From a virus (lineage: Duplodnaviria; Caudoviricetes), in the IMG/VR virus record IMGVR_UViG_3300047388_000152, positions 1 to 56,483 of that record: 56,483 bases of DNA, one strand, 5' to 3'. Below the pieces are notes generated by a model. It saw only the letters and a list, made by a program, of their open reading frames with translations, had not been told where the DNA came from and searched no databases. The position numbers and the translations under genes are program-made. This document shows positions 1 through 8,899 of this stretch, piece by piece. Every line of letters starts with the position of its first letter. Position 1 is the stretch's first letter.

Positions 1-130
1 ACCAACAAATAACCAATGGCACCATCAGAATAACCGTTGAGATTAAACCACGACCAAAAGCAAAAGATGAGCAATTTGAGAACTACAAGGCGGGTGTGTG
101 GATGCAGGAATGCCCTGCTTCTCATCAGTA

Positions 131-156
131 GGTCAATCACTGACATTGTGACAGCG
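131..156 (+). repeat. Bipartite motif copy 1 (GGTCAATCA-CTGACA-TTG-TGACAG-CG)
   Basis: Matches the consensus RGTCAAGYA-CTGHCA-N3-TGWCAG found 9 times; lies just upstream of ATG 162. Confidence 0.8.
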
Positions 157-161
157 AAATT

Positions 162-353
162 ATGGCACACAAAGTAAGAGACGAGATTGTAAGGCTCCGC
201 AAGTTGCTAGACGAAACGGAGGACCCACTGACCATTTCTGCATTACAAGGGGCTATCTATGCCCTGAAGTGGCAAGAATCGCTAGGCGGTGCGGCTAAGG
301 AACCTATCCTTGCTCCGTCCAAAGAAATCGCAAAAACAACAAAAACAAGTTGA
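162..353 (+). CDS. Hypothetical protein
   Basis: 63-aa ORF, co-oriented with the left arm. Confidence 0.6.
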   Translation: MAHKVRDEIVRLRKLLDETEDPLTISALQGAIYALKWQESLGGAAKEPILAPSKEIAKTTKTS

Positions 354-378
354 CCTTTCTATTCTATCCGAATAGACT
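350..378 (+). promoter_or_regulatory. Sigma70-like promoter TTGACC-17-TAGACT
   Basis: Canonical spacing; ends ~6 nt before the RNA stem. Confidence 0.7.
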
Positions 379-384
379 TGTAGG

Positions 385-515
385 TGATTAGGTCAGCATA
401 CAGATTGAAAAGTTTTTCCGCGAAATCGCTCACACAGAGCGTAGAGACCGAGACTGGACTACTGTGTGTCTGACCTAATCATTCAGACCTAAAGCCGTTC
501 GGTCTCTTTTCTTTT
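385..515 (+). ncRNA. Putative structured RNA, copy 1 of 3
   Basis: 385-403 pairs with 462-481; inner hairpin CGCTC/GAGCG; AGAGACCGAGAC (443-454) pairs with GTTCGGTCTCT (497-507), followed by a T-tract. Confidence 0.75.
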
Positions 516-550
516 CCGACCGCCCAAAGTCTGACCGTTCTTCTATAGGT

Positions 551-733
551 ATGAGTCCGGCAAAATCAATCCTATGGCGTGTAACAGGGATTAACTTGTT
601 CACCCACCCTCAGACGCTGAAGTATCTCAGCGGTTACTTGTTTAGATGTCAGGCCATCTTTAATGACACGACAAGGAGCGTTCTCCACAGGGAGTTTCAC
701 CGTGCAATCGCTAAAACTCGAATATGGCCTTAG
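551..733 (+). CDS. Hypothetical protein
   Basis: 60-aa ORF downstream of the RNA element. Confidence 0.4.
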   Translation: MSPAKSILWRVTGINLFTHPQTLKYLSGYLFRCQAIFNDTTRSVLHREFHRAIAKTRIWP

Positions 734-781
734 GGGTGACCGTGCAATGCTGATAAACTCACGGGGTACAGGAGGAATATT

Positions 782-1342
782 ATGTACGCAGACCCTGAGC
801 GTCAGAAAGCGTTTAGACGGGAGTATTTCCAAACCAAGACTAAACAATTAAGAGCAGACCGCAAGGCACAAGGCATATGCCGTTGTGGACGTGGAGAATG
901 TCTGCCTAGTCGTGCTTATTGCTTACAATGTAAGGCGTATGAACCAGTCATACGCAAGCGTAAAATAGCACGACGAAGAGAGATGGGACTGTGTCTTCGA
1001 TGCGGAAGCCGACCTCAAGAGAAGGATGTCACTTGTGACCGATGTAAGGTCAAAGACCGACTGAAACGTACCGCAGAACGACGACAAGTCTTAGACCATT
1101 ACGGCACAATGTGTGCTTGCTGTGGGGAAAAACAGGCACAGTTCCTGTGCATCGACCACGTCAATAATGATGGCAATGTACACCGAAAAACGTTGCAAAC
1201 AAACAACATTTATCGGTGGCTCCTACGCAATGACTTTCCAGTGGGATTCCAAGTGCTGTGCTTTAACTGCAATATGGCTAAAGCCATTTATGGCAAATGT
1301 CCACATCAAGCGGCACCATCACCACCCGGAACACGGTCATAA
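782..1342 (+). CDS. HNH-type endonuclease with Cys-rich zinc-finger repeats
   Basis: CACCGE...LCIDHVNNDG...QVLCFNCNMAK..CPH; SD GGAGG upstream. Confidence 0.85.
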   Translation: MYADPERQKAFRREYFQTKTKQLRADRKAQGICRCGRGECLPSRAYCLQCKAYEPVIRKRKIARRREMGLCLRCGSRPQEKDVTCDRCKVKDRLKRTAERRQVLDHYGTMCACCGEKQAQFLCIDHVNNDGNVHRKTLQTNNIYRWLLRNDFPVGFQVLCFNCNMAKAIYGKCPHQAAPSPPGTRS

Positions 1343-1540
1343 TTGCCAAGTTAGTTAAAAACGTTCTGTAAATCGGTAAGGTGAAAGGTCAGAGCAGTCA
1401 CCCGTCAACAAGTTCAGTAAATTCTGTAAGGGAACCTAAAGGGTACATCAAGCCCACACAGGCCGGAGCTATAGGAGAGCAAAGGCAATGGGTGGTTGTG
1501 TTCTAAATTCAGTAGTAACTAAGGAGAAGAATCTAAGGAT

Positions 1541-2656
1541 ATGGGAAAAGTACAAAATATCTATGGGTCAGTAACGCGGTCTGAGGCGATGAAAACTATC
1601 ATCGCTCTAAGCAAGGGCGATGAATGGGGTTCGCCCCTTACGGTTTTAGTTACGGGGCCAATGGGTTCATCAAAGAGTGCGATGTTCCATGACTTGCAAC
1701 GTGCTTTGCCCACACACGATGGGTACTTTCACGATTGCACAACAAACGAAGCTGGTGACCTCCTGATGCCGTCTGTCACAGACAAAGACGCTGAGGTGCC
1801 TAAACTCCGCTTCGCTCCAGCAGAGACGCTAGGATTCACTAACAAGCGTCCTGTATTCATCTTTGCGGACGAACTGGACAAGGCTCCTAAAGCCATTCAG
1901 AACGTCTTTAACCGCATTGCTCACGAAGGGGCTTTGGGCAACTATGTATTGCCTCCGGGTTCGTTTATGGTGGCTACGTCCAACAGAACTGAGGAAGGTC
2001 TGGGGGATAATCGGCAGGCTAACATGCGTGACCGCACGGTGAGCATCGACATTAAGATGCCTGACTCTAAGGAGTGGATAGAGAACTACGCTCTAGGAGC
2101 TAACGTGCATCCTACCGTGCTAACTACGGTCTCAGAGATACCGGATATGCTGGCAGACTTTAGGGACGTAACAAAGGCGGCAGACAATCCCTACATCCAT
2201 CATCCGTCCGAGAATCGAGAACACGGCACAAGCTGTCGGTCGCTGGCTAACGCTTCTAAGGCTCTGTATCGTCTCGAAAAGGACGGACTCTCGGCAAGCG
2301 TCATAGCACACGTTCTTACAGGCATAATCGGTGCACCAGCGGCGGCAGAGATGATTTCAATTCACACTCTGCACAATGAGCTCCCTCGATATGACGAAGT
2401 TATCAAGAGTCCTGAAAAGGCTAAGATTCCTTCAAAGTCAGCGGCTATGTGCCTGTTCGTCTATACAGCTATACAGAGGGCAGAGCCTAAAGATGTAGCT
2501 TCACTAATGAAGTACGTGCAGCGTCTACCGTTGGAGCAACAGGCGATGTTTTTCTTTGGTGTTATCCGCAGTCCTAAAGCGGCACAGCTTACGCCTGAGA
2601 ATGGAATGATAGATTGGGGACGCACAAACTCGTGGCTTACCCGCAATGATAGTTAG
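1541..2656 (+). CDS. MoxR-like AAA+ ATPase
   Basis: Walker A-like GPMGSSKS, Walker B FIFADE, ATSNR sensor; paired with a downstream VWA gene. Confidence 0.85.
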   Translation: MGKVQNIYGSVTRSEAMKTIIALSKGDEWGSPLTVLVTGPMGSSKSAMFHDLQRALPTHDGYFHDCTTNEAGDLLMPSVTDKDAEVPKLRFAPAETLGFTNKRPVFIFADELDKAPKAIQNVFNRIAHEGALGNYVLPPGSFMVATSNRTEEGLGDNRQANMRDRTVSIDIKMPDSKEWIENYALGANVHPTVLTTVSEIPDMLADFRDVTKAADNPYIHHPSENREHGTSCRSLANASKALYRLEKDGLSASVIAHVLTGIIGAPAAAEMISIHTLHNELPRYDEVIKSPEKAKIPSKSAAMCLFVYTAIQRAEPKDVASLMKYVQRLPLEQQAMFFFGVIRSPKAAQLTPENGMIDWGRTNSWLTRNDS

Positions 2657-3381
2657 AGTCCTATTCCCATCTCATCGAACCACTTCGGAGTTTCGCCTTT
2701 CACTTCAAAGCGTGTCTGAAACTTAATCGACTTGCGGTAGTTATCGCCCGGAGGGAGATATTGGAGATTGTTCGGAACGTGCAAGCCTGAAACCATCTTG
2801 CCGTGCAAGGGGATGATGTGGTCAACCGTCATCCCCTCTGGGCAATCTCGATAGGTTTGGCGTATCTTTGTGAGGTCTGACCAAGGGGGAATACGTTGTT
2901 TCTTCGCGGCTTCACGCTTGCGTTGAATGTGCAGATTGTAGGCTTTGGTATTCGCCTCTCCGTGAATCGTGTGGCAATTTCGCTGTACTTCACGAGCCAA
3001 GCATCCACAGGAACGTGTCGCAACTTTACCAGTGAGATTGCCGCGTACCACGTAGACAGTGTTGCCGCAGTCACACAAGCACTCCCATTCAGTGCCTTGT
3101 CCGTGGCCATTTACCTGTCCGCGTAGTTTGTGAATCTTAATGGCAATCAGACGGCCAAATCGCTTGCCACCTAAATCGTTTTTGAGCAACGTGGTAGCAA
3201 TCATCTCTTTGGTCTTACATCCACAAGAACGAGAACGTCCATCCGCTATGCAAATAGCAGTCACGTGACGTTCAGTCCCACACTTACAGCGACATAGGGC
3301 TTTATGCTTATTAGATATGGGCGTTTCCAATACAGTCCAGTCGCCAAAAGTCTGCCCTTGCTGTATAACGGGATATTTCAT
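2653..3381 (-). CDS. HNH homing endonuclease
   Basis: CxCxCG...SCGC repeats; VDHIIPL..VSGLHVPNNLQ; antisense to the operon, with its own TGnTATAAT -10 near 3402-3410. Confidence 0.9.
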   Translation of the reverse strand: MKYPVIQQGQTFGDWTVLETPISNKHKALCRCKCGTERHVTAICIADGRSRSCGCKTKEMIATTLLKNDLGGKRFGRLIAIKIHKLRGQVNGHGQGTEWECLCDCGNTVYVVRGNLTGKVATRSCGCLAREVQRNCHTIHGEANTKAYNLHIQRKREAAKKQRIPPWSDLTKIRQTYRDCPEGMTVDHIIPLHGKMVSGLHVPNNLQYLPPGDNYRKSIKFQTRFEVKGETPKWFDEMGIGL

Positions 3382-3431
3382 TAACGCACCAACTAACGGT
3401 TATTATAACATTGAGAGAGTCTTTACAGGAA

Positions 3432-3470
3432 GGCAAAAATCAGAGATGGTTGGTGGCCTCAGACAACTAA
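3432..3470 (+). pseudogene. Orphaned alternative 3' end of the MoxR gene (GKNQRWLVASDN*)
   Basis: Aligns without gaps to the MoxR C-terminus GRTNSWLTRNDS*, with the stop at the same position. Confidence 0.6.
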
Positions 3471-3505
3471 TTTGTAAAGGCTCCCACTTTTACTTTGGAG
3501 AATCT

Positions 3506-3748
3506 ATGAGTGCAAGAGGCGACATTATGCGGCTTATAGGTCGCAAGACTGACCCGGTTAGCATAATCACAACCACCACTTACAAGTACACGGCCTCAAA
3601 CAAGAAAGATATAAAGACCCTCAATGAGGGGAATATACCGCGTGATTTAGGTGTGGCGATACACGTTCTAAGGCTGAACGGGCACACCGTCACAAAGGAG
3701 CGTTGGGACTACGAAGGTGGATTTTCTTTTGATGTAGTGGAGAAATAA
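3506..3748 (+). CDS. Hypothetical protein
   Basis: SD GGAG before ATG 3506; abuts the next gene. Confidence 0.6.
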   Translation: MSARGDIMRLIGRKTDPVSIITTTTYKYTASNKKDIKTLNEGNIPRDLGVAIHVLRLNGHTVTKERWDYEGGFSFDVVEK

Positions 3749-4060
3749 ATGGCAAAAGCAATAACCAAATACAAGGGTTTCAGCTACGAGGACGAATCAC
3801 GGCCTTTGGCAAAGGTGGCTTATATGGACGGATATGCTTTCGGTGACACGTTGTTGGAGGGCGTTCCGTTCAAGTGTGAAGTCACTGACAGTGGTGAATT
3901 GCAAGTCGGATTTGCAGAGCCTACGGGCTTCTACGAACAGGAGCTTAACCAGCCTTTATGGAATGCAAGGGCTTTGAAATACGCGAAGGAAGAGGACGTT
4001 TTCTATGAAAACGCAGAACTGACGGCAGGGGAAGATTTGTACTTAGAAAAGGCAGACTAA
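3749..4060 (+). CDS. Hypothetical protein
   Basis: 103-aa ORF, tightly packed, SD GGAG. Confidence 0.7.
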   Translation: MAKAITKYKGFSYEDESRPLAKVAYMDGYAFGDTLLEGVPFKCEVTDSGELQVGFAEPTGFYEQELNQPLWNARALKYAKEEDVFYENAELTAGEDLYLEKAD

Positions 4061-4064
4061 AGAT

Positions 4065-5339
4065 ATGGCAAAAGCAGTACAGCAAAAACTAACCGCAGAA
4101 CAAAGAGTCACCAAAGCACTGGTTTGGATACTCAGGTCGCCCAACTTCCTAAGTATGTACCCCACGGCCTGTATCGGGGAGACTCGCGTAATCCACGATG
4201 AAAAGGCGTGGCCGTCACCGATGAAAACCGGATACACGGACGGTCGCAATATCCGGTTTTGGCACGAGTTTGTTGATAACTCATCAGACGAGACTTTACG
4301 AGCGGCAATCCTTCACGAAACAGGTCACATTCTCGCACGTCACATACTGAATTATCAGCACCTGTGGCATCAGAATGCACAGCTTGCCAACATCGCGGCA
4401 GACCATTGGGTGAACAATATGCTCAAGGCTCACAACGACACGGGCATAGCCATTGGTGCGGATTGGTTCTGTGACCCTAAGTACGCCGACAGTTCCAAGT
4501 GGGACGTTACAAAGATTTTCAAAGACCTTCAAAAGAACGGCAAAGGACAAGGCAAGTGCAACGGTAACTGCCAACAGGGTAAAGGCTCAGGACGGCCTAA
4601 CGGCCAATGTACCTGCCCACAAGGGTTCGATGAACACGGCTGGGAAGATGGAAATTCCCTAAGTCCTGAGGAACAAAAGCAACTGGCACAGGACGTAGAC
4701 CAAGCTATTAGGCAAGGACAAAGACTCGCGGGGCAGATGAATGGCAACAAGGATTTAGCCATAAATGAACTACTAAAGGTACGGACAGATTACAAGGAAG
4801 CATTCCGAGAGTGGATGCGTACCTACACTCGTGGTGGAGATGACTTGTCGTGGGCTAGAGTCTCACGAAGGGCTATAGCGAACGGTGAACTAATGCCCGG
4901 AAGTATCTCTGAAGCTATGGGTGAACTGGCAATTTGCATAGACACTTCGGGCAGTATCTCGCAAGCAGAGCTAACGGTGTTTCTGTCTAACGTGGCTCTC
5001 ATCACTCAGACCATTAAGCCTCTAAAGATTCGGCTAATTTACTGGGACACGGTTTGCCACGGTATAGAAACCTATGAGCCGCACCAATATGACACAATAG
5101 CTCAGAGCACTAAGGCTAAGGGTGGTGGTGGTACACAGGTAGAATGCGTACCGCCTTACCTAGAGGCTCAGGGCATCAAGCCAGAGGTGATACTGGTTCT
5201 GTCAGACGGTTATTTGTTCTCACCACCACCGGATTTTCCTGCTCCTACGCTGTGGGCGATTCTTCCGGGCAATGAGGGCTTTACTGCACCCCTACCACAA
5301 AAAACAATTCACTTGCCGGATGGGTGGAGTGAGGATTGA
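4065..5339 (+). CDS. HExxH metallopeptidase-like plus VWA domain protein (DUF2201-like)
   Basis: TDG...LHETGH, NIAAD, MIDAS IDTSGS, GGGGT, LSDG. Confidence 0.9.
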   Translation: MAKAVQQKLTAEQRVTKALVWILRSPNFLSMYPTACIGETRVIHDEKAWPSPMKTGYTDGRNIRFWHEFVDNSSDETLRAAILHETGHILARHILNYQHLWHQNAQLANIAADHWVNNMLKAHNDTGIAIGADWFCDPKYADSSKWDVTKIFKDLQKNGKGQGKCNGNCQQGKGSGRPNGQCTCPQGFDEHGWEDGNSLSPEEQKQLAQDVDQAIRQGQRLAGQMNGNKDLAINELLKVRTDYKEAFREWMRTYTRGGDDLSWARVSRRAIANGELMPGSISEAMGELAICIDTSGSISQAELTVFLSNVALITQTIKPLKIRLIYWDTVCHGIETYEPHQYDTIAQSTKAKGGGGTQVECVPPYLEAQGIKPEVILVLSDGYLFSPPPDFPAPTLWAILPGNEGFTAPLPQKTIHLPDGWSED

Positions 5340-5345
5340 TGATGG

Positions 5346-5615
5346 ATGATGACTGACTACCTAAAGGGGCAGAGGAAGTGGCTGCGTAAGACTGGAGTCA
5401 CAGTAGGAAGTCCCGTGATGGTGATTGCAGAGCCTACGGGAACAATCGAGGATGAATCGTGGGGGTTGCCACTGGAGTATGTAGGGAAGGCGACGACTGT
5501 CAAACAGATAGACTCTGACCGTATCCGTATCAATCATCCTACGAGTGAGAGTCCCCTAGTTTGGTGGGGGGCTCCTTTCTACTGTCTAGTACCTGTAGAG
5601 GGGTCAAGATACTGA
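5346..5615 (+). CDS. Small protein, paralogue family A (SH3-like?)
   Basis: YLKGQxKW...YVGK...PFYCL, shared with 6237 and 6563. Confidence 0.75.
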   Translation: MMTDYLKGQRKWLRKTGVTVGSPVMVIAEPTGTIEDESWGLPLEYVGKATTVKQIDSDRIRINHPTSESPLVWWGAPFYCLVPVEGSRY

Positions 5616-5628
5616 CAAGATGTCAGCG
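5602..5628 (+). repeat. Bipartite motif copy 2 (1-nt insertion)
   Basis: GGTCAAGATA-CTGACA-AGA-TGTCAG-CG. Confidence 0.8.
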
Positions 5629-5633
5629 AAACC

Positions 5634-5930
5634 GTGAAAAACATACAGTCTGGATGGTGTAAGGGTGATGCTCTAGTCGCACGTGCTCAAGGTTGGGAAT
5701 TACGGGTAGACCACGAAGGACGCCTTTGGGCTGATGACGTATCCAGAGGCATTAGATTTAATGGAAAGGCATTCCAAACCGTCCTAGAGACTGCAATGAC
5801 AGGGGATGCAGCAGCCTACAAAGCTTTGCGTTGGCTGGCAAAGAACAATCCGTCCTACAGGAAGTGGAAAAAGACTGTACGGGCTATCTATAAGCAATTC
5901 CATCGTGTCAAAAGCACAGAAAGGACATAA
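5634..5930 (+). CDS. Small protein, paralogue family B
   Basis: SxWC...AMTG...KAL..LA...Y..W..TV..Y, shared with 5935. Confidence 0.7.
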   Translation: MKNIQSGWCKGDALVARAQGWELRVDHEGRLWADDVSRGIRFNGKAFQTVLETAMTGDAAAYKALRWLAKNNPSYRKWKKTVRAIYKQFHRVKSTERT

Positions 5931-5934
5931 TTTG

Positions 5935-6240
5935 ATGGCTACACGACACTTCAGGTCTAAATGGTGTTCCCTTGGTGCGTTCTTGTGTCGAGACCCTTCA
6001 CATTGGAAGTGGGAGGAAGTACGAGATAGAAACGGGAACGTGACGCCGTTAGTGTGGGATTGGCAAGAACATTGTGTGGCTCTAGCCCATCGGCAGACAA
6101 TGGATTCGTTGGTCGACCAGGCTATGACGGGCAATGTTCAGTACCTAAAGGCTCTGGGCGTACTAGCTTGGCAAAGAGAGGACTATAAAGAGTGGAGGCC
6201 GACAGTTTTGAGCCTCTATAGGTCGGTGATGGAGAAATGA
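5935..6240 (+). CDS. Small protein, paralogue family B
   Basis: Same motif as 5634; start placed at ATG 5935. Confidence 0.7.
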   Translation: MATRHFRSKWCSLGAFLCRDPSHWKWEEVRDRNGNVTPLVWDWQEHCVALAHRQTMDSLVDQAMTGNVQYLKALGVLAWQREDYKEWRPTVLSLYRSVMEK

Positions 6241-6560
6241 AAGACGACTACGTAAAACAGCAATCTAAGTGGTTGGAAAATACCGGATTGCAGGTTGGTG
6301 ATAAGTGCATTGTCGCGTTTTCACCGTCTTCTTTTGAGGAAGGCGAGAATTGGCACGGGTGGACGTGTGGGTGGGCTGAAGAGATGAACGATTGCGTAGG
6401 GAAGGTGGGGGTGATTCAAGCTATCGGGACGGCATACTATCACGCTGAGACGCCATTAAAGAACGGCATAGGGCTTGTGGTTCCGGGTGATGGACATCCT
6501 CAAGACGCTAAGGCGTGGTTCTATCCTTTCTTTTGTTTAATTCCTGCTGGAGATGAATAA
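6237..6560 (+). CDS. Small protein, paralogue family A
   Basis: YVKQQSKW...CVGKVG...PFFCL. Confidence 0.75.
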   Translation: MKDDYVKQQSKWLENTGLQVGDKCIVAFSPSSFEEGENWHGWTCGWAEEMNDCVGKVGVIQAIGTAYYHAETPLKNGIGLVVPGDGHPQDAKAWFYPFFCLIPAGDE

Positions 6561-6562
6561 CT

Positions 6563-6838
6563 ATGACAAACGAAGACAAGGCAACGAAACTTTATCTTAA
6601 GGGCCAGACCAAGTGGTGCAAGAACGCCAACATTGAGGTTGGAACAAAGGTCACCATCTTACAGGCCGCTGAATCGAATCAAGCAGGATGGCCGTCTCCC
6701 TTTCCTGAGTTTATGTTAAATTACGTGGGTAAAACAGGCACAGTGGTATGGCCAGATGACGTTGGTGGGGTGATGGTGGAGATGGAGGACGGGATTACTG
6801 TCCACTTTCCCTTCTTTATTTTATGCAAGGCTGAGTGA
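6563..6838 (+). CDS. Small protein, paralogue family A
   Basis: YLKGQTKW...YVGKTG...PFFIL. Confidence 0.75.
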   Translation: MTNEDKATKLYLKGQTKWCKNANIEVGTKVTILQAAESNQAGWPSPFPEFMLNYVGKTGTVVWPDDVGGVMVEMEDGITVHFPFFILCKAE

Positions 6839-7053
6839 TGCTCAAACGCAGTCCTGACAATCTCTACGTCCTCTGGTCTCGCTACCTTAAAGGACAGAGC
6901 AAGCTATGGAGTCCAACAAGAAAGCGTATGGCTAAAGGATTGCCGTTGAATACGGTGGTAGGGCAAAGACTCCATTTCCGTAAACATAACCGTATCGACA
7001 CTTGGGCGTTGCGGATTTGTCCATATGGCACAGACCCTAATCAAGCAAAGTAA
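6835..7053 (+). CDS. Small protein, family C (RSPx[GN]xY...LNxxV)
   Basis: KRSPDNLYVLW...PLNTVV. Confidence 0.65.
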   Translation: MMLKRSPDNLYVLWSRYLKGQSKLWSPTRKRMAKGLPLNTVVGQRLHFRKHNRIDTWALRICPYGTDPNQAK

Positions 7054-7779
7054 TCAGATTGTAATGTCGCGGTACGTTTTATAATGACGAATGTCAAACA
7101 AGGTAGAAAGCGACACTTTGAAATGTTGTGCTAATTCTCGATACGTTAAATGCGAGTGCCGTATATGCCAGACATCTTCTTTAGTTAATACACGGTACTG
7201 GGGACGATGTTCATGAATGCGACTGGCAATATGTTCTTTGGAGTGTTTTGAACCGCGATTTGCTTCTGCCGCCGCAAGAATCGCCGCAGTCGGGATGTGG
7301 CCCAGTCTGGCAATTCGTGACTTCTCGACCACGGCAGGATGCTGTTTTCTACCAGTTAAGGCTTTACGTATTTTCTCAATGGCCTGCGGGGTCAGTTTAC
7401 GCCCCTTTCTCGCTCTAGACATTTTTTGTCGAGTGAGCATGGTGGGCTTCCACCCTAAACAGCCCTCTCCTCCTAAGGTGGCATTCGTAAGCGGTGCTCC
7501 AATAGAACGGTAATACGCAATCCAATTCGGCTCCGCGTCGATATAACCGCGAGCGTCACAACCGCTCTCTAAAATTACCATCAGCGGACGATGTCCCGTT
7601 CGGAGTAAACCCTGAATCCAATGCGCTTTATAGCTACGAACTCTCAAGGCTCCATTACAATGATCGTTTAACCGCTTATAAGGATTACCACTCCATCCGA
7701 TATACCGCACCCGCTTGGTCATCGGGTCAAGTAACGCATAGATATGCCATTTATATTGCATATCTCTAGTATAACTCAT
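7054..7779 (-). CDS. GIY-YIG homing endonuclease with NUMOD3-like repeats and C-terminal HTH
   Basis: HIYAL..RYIG..RL..H, E..WI, LTN.T.GGEG. Confidence 0.85.
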   Translation of the reverse strand: MSYTRDMQYKWHIYALLDPMTKRVRYIGWSGNPYKRLNDHCNGALRVRSYKAHWIQGLLRTGHRPLMVILESGCDARGYIDAEPNWIAYYRSIGAPLTNATLGGEGCLGWKPTMLTRQKMSRARKGRKLTPQAIEKIRKALTGRKQHPAVVEKSRIARLGHIPTAAILAAAEANRGSKHSKEHIASRIHEHRPQYRVLTKEDVWHIRHSHLTYRELAQHFKVSLSTLFDIRHYKTYRDITI

Positions 7780-7792
7780 ATAAAAACCCTTT

Positions 7793-7861
7793 ATCTGTCC
7801 TAAAAATGATGACCCAAATAAAGAAGACTATCTGAGTGGAAAACGAAAAATCAGGGATTGA
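7793..7861 (+). pseudogene. Orphaned alternative 3' end of ORF 6835-7053 (ICPKNDDPNKEDYLSGKRKIRD*)
   Basis: Aligns to ICPYGTDPNQAK* at 7015-7053. Confidence 0.7.
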
Positions 7862-8048
7862 CGTATTGTACTCACCGAACGGCAAATATGTCGGGTGGTT
7901 TCTGGATAAACACTATGTCTTTACGCCTTGGAAGCCGTCTGTGACACAAGGTTTGGGCCTTACGCTCAACGAAGCCGTTCAGTGGGCATTGAGAATGCGG
8001 GAGAGCGGGTATAAAGTACGAATCTTACCCGCAAATAAAAAACTTTAG
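7836..8048 (+). CDS. Small protein, family C
   Basis: YSPNGKYVGW...LTLNEAV. Confidence 0.7.
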   Translation: MENEKSGIDVLYSPNGKYVGWFLDKHYVFTPWKPSVTQGLGLTLNEAVQWALRMRESGYKVRILPANKKL

Positions 8049-8050
8049 AC

Positions 8051-8079
8051 TTGACATCCGTAGAGACTTTTTCCAAACT
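8051..8079 (+). promoter_or_regulatory. Promoter-like TTGACA-17-CAAACT
   Basis: Same position relative to the RNA as in copies 1 and 3; weak -10. Confidence 0.55.
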
Positions 8080-8084
8080 GTTAG

Positions 8085-8218
8085 TGGGTAAGCTACGAAC
8101 AATAGGCTTGAAAAGTTTGTGCAGATAAATCCCTTCGGGGATTTTTAGAGGCCGAGACCGTGCTTGTTGTTCTGAGCTTACCCGTTCAGACCAAATGGTT
8201 CGGTCTCTTTTTCGTTTT
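8085..8218 (+). ncRNA. Putative structured RNA, copy 2 of 3
   Basis: 8086-8107 pairs with 8162-8183; AAATCCC-TTCG-GGGATTT hairpin; AGAGGCCGAGACC pairs with GGTTCGGTCTCT, followed by a T-tract. Confidence 0.75.
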
Positions 8219-8384
8219 AGAAAGCCTTTATTGGCCTCCGAAAGCCGAACAGTTGGGTGTGGCGTCGAGAACATATACGCCACTACAGGCAGTCCGACAG
8301 TTTTGAATGAGATTGTGGCGTTTCACCACGATTCCCCTCCCAAGGATTATGAGCTTCAAGCGTGGCAAATCAGACCAATCGAAG

Positions 8385-8594
8385 ATGAAAAACCCTAAAA
8401 TCCGACTCACTGGCAGGTCAAAGAGCGGGAAGTATCACGGGTATTGGGTGGTATCAGACGGTGCAGAACATCCAAGCTCTCAAGGCTATTCCCGATGGGT
8501 TTTGAATCAATGGATGGAATGGGCGCACTATATGGCCTCAGGTGATATTTCAGGTGATATTGAGGCGAACTACGAAATCCGTCCTGTTGATTAG
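8385..8594 (+). CDS. Small protein, family C
   Basis: GRSKSGKYHGYW...VLNQW...YEIRP. Confidence 0.7.
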   Translation: MKNPKIRLTGRSKSGKYHGYWVVSDGAEHPSSQGYSRWVLNQWMEWAHYMASGDISGDIEANYEIRPVD

Positions 8595-8595
8595 G

Positions 8596-8621
8596 GGTCA
8601 AGCACTGACATCGTGACAGTG
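8596..8621 (+). repeat. Bipartite motif copy 3
   Basis: GGTCAAGCA-CTGACA-TCG-TGACAG-TG. Confidence 0.85.
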
Positions 8622-8625
8622 AATT

Positions 8626-8862
8626 ATGATTCTCTAAGGCCGAAGCCCAAGCGGTAGATATAAGGTTTACTGGCGGTCTGTTTGGGAAACGAAGACTTTG
8701 GGATATGAGCAGTGGAAAGTAACGAATGTAGCGTTCACTCTGAACGGAGCTATACAAGCCACGATAGACCACCGGGCAATGTGTCCCGAAGACCCTCAGT
8801 ATGTAATACCTGCTGAGTTAGAACAAGACTTTCTGAGTGGGAAGATACAGGTGAAAGAATAG
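8626..8862 (+). pseudogene. Family C ORF with a nonsense codon at codon 4 (MIL*GRSPSGRYKVYW...TLNGAI...)
   Basis: TAA at 8635-8637; otherwise open to TAG 8860-8862. Confidence 0.7.
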
Positions 8863-8899
8863 ACTTGTCCGCAGGGGAGCACCGTGTATCATACTTAGT

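Noticed and set aside
385-515. Three-copy RNA as an HDV-like/theta ribozyme or tRNA
   Set aside because: The crossed P1/P2 topology is similar, but P1 is ~20 bp, there is no room for P3/L3, no adjacent tRNA, and no T-loop or CCA features.
1308-1370. Orphan tail after HNH 782-1342 (ITTRNTVIIAKL versus DTTRSVLHREF)
   Set aside because: Only TTR matches; too weak to count as a 3'-replacement case.
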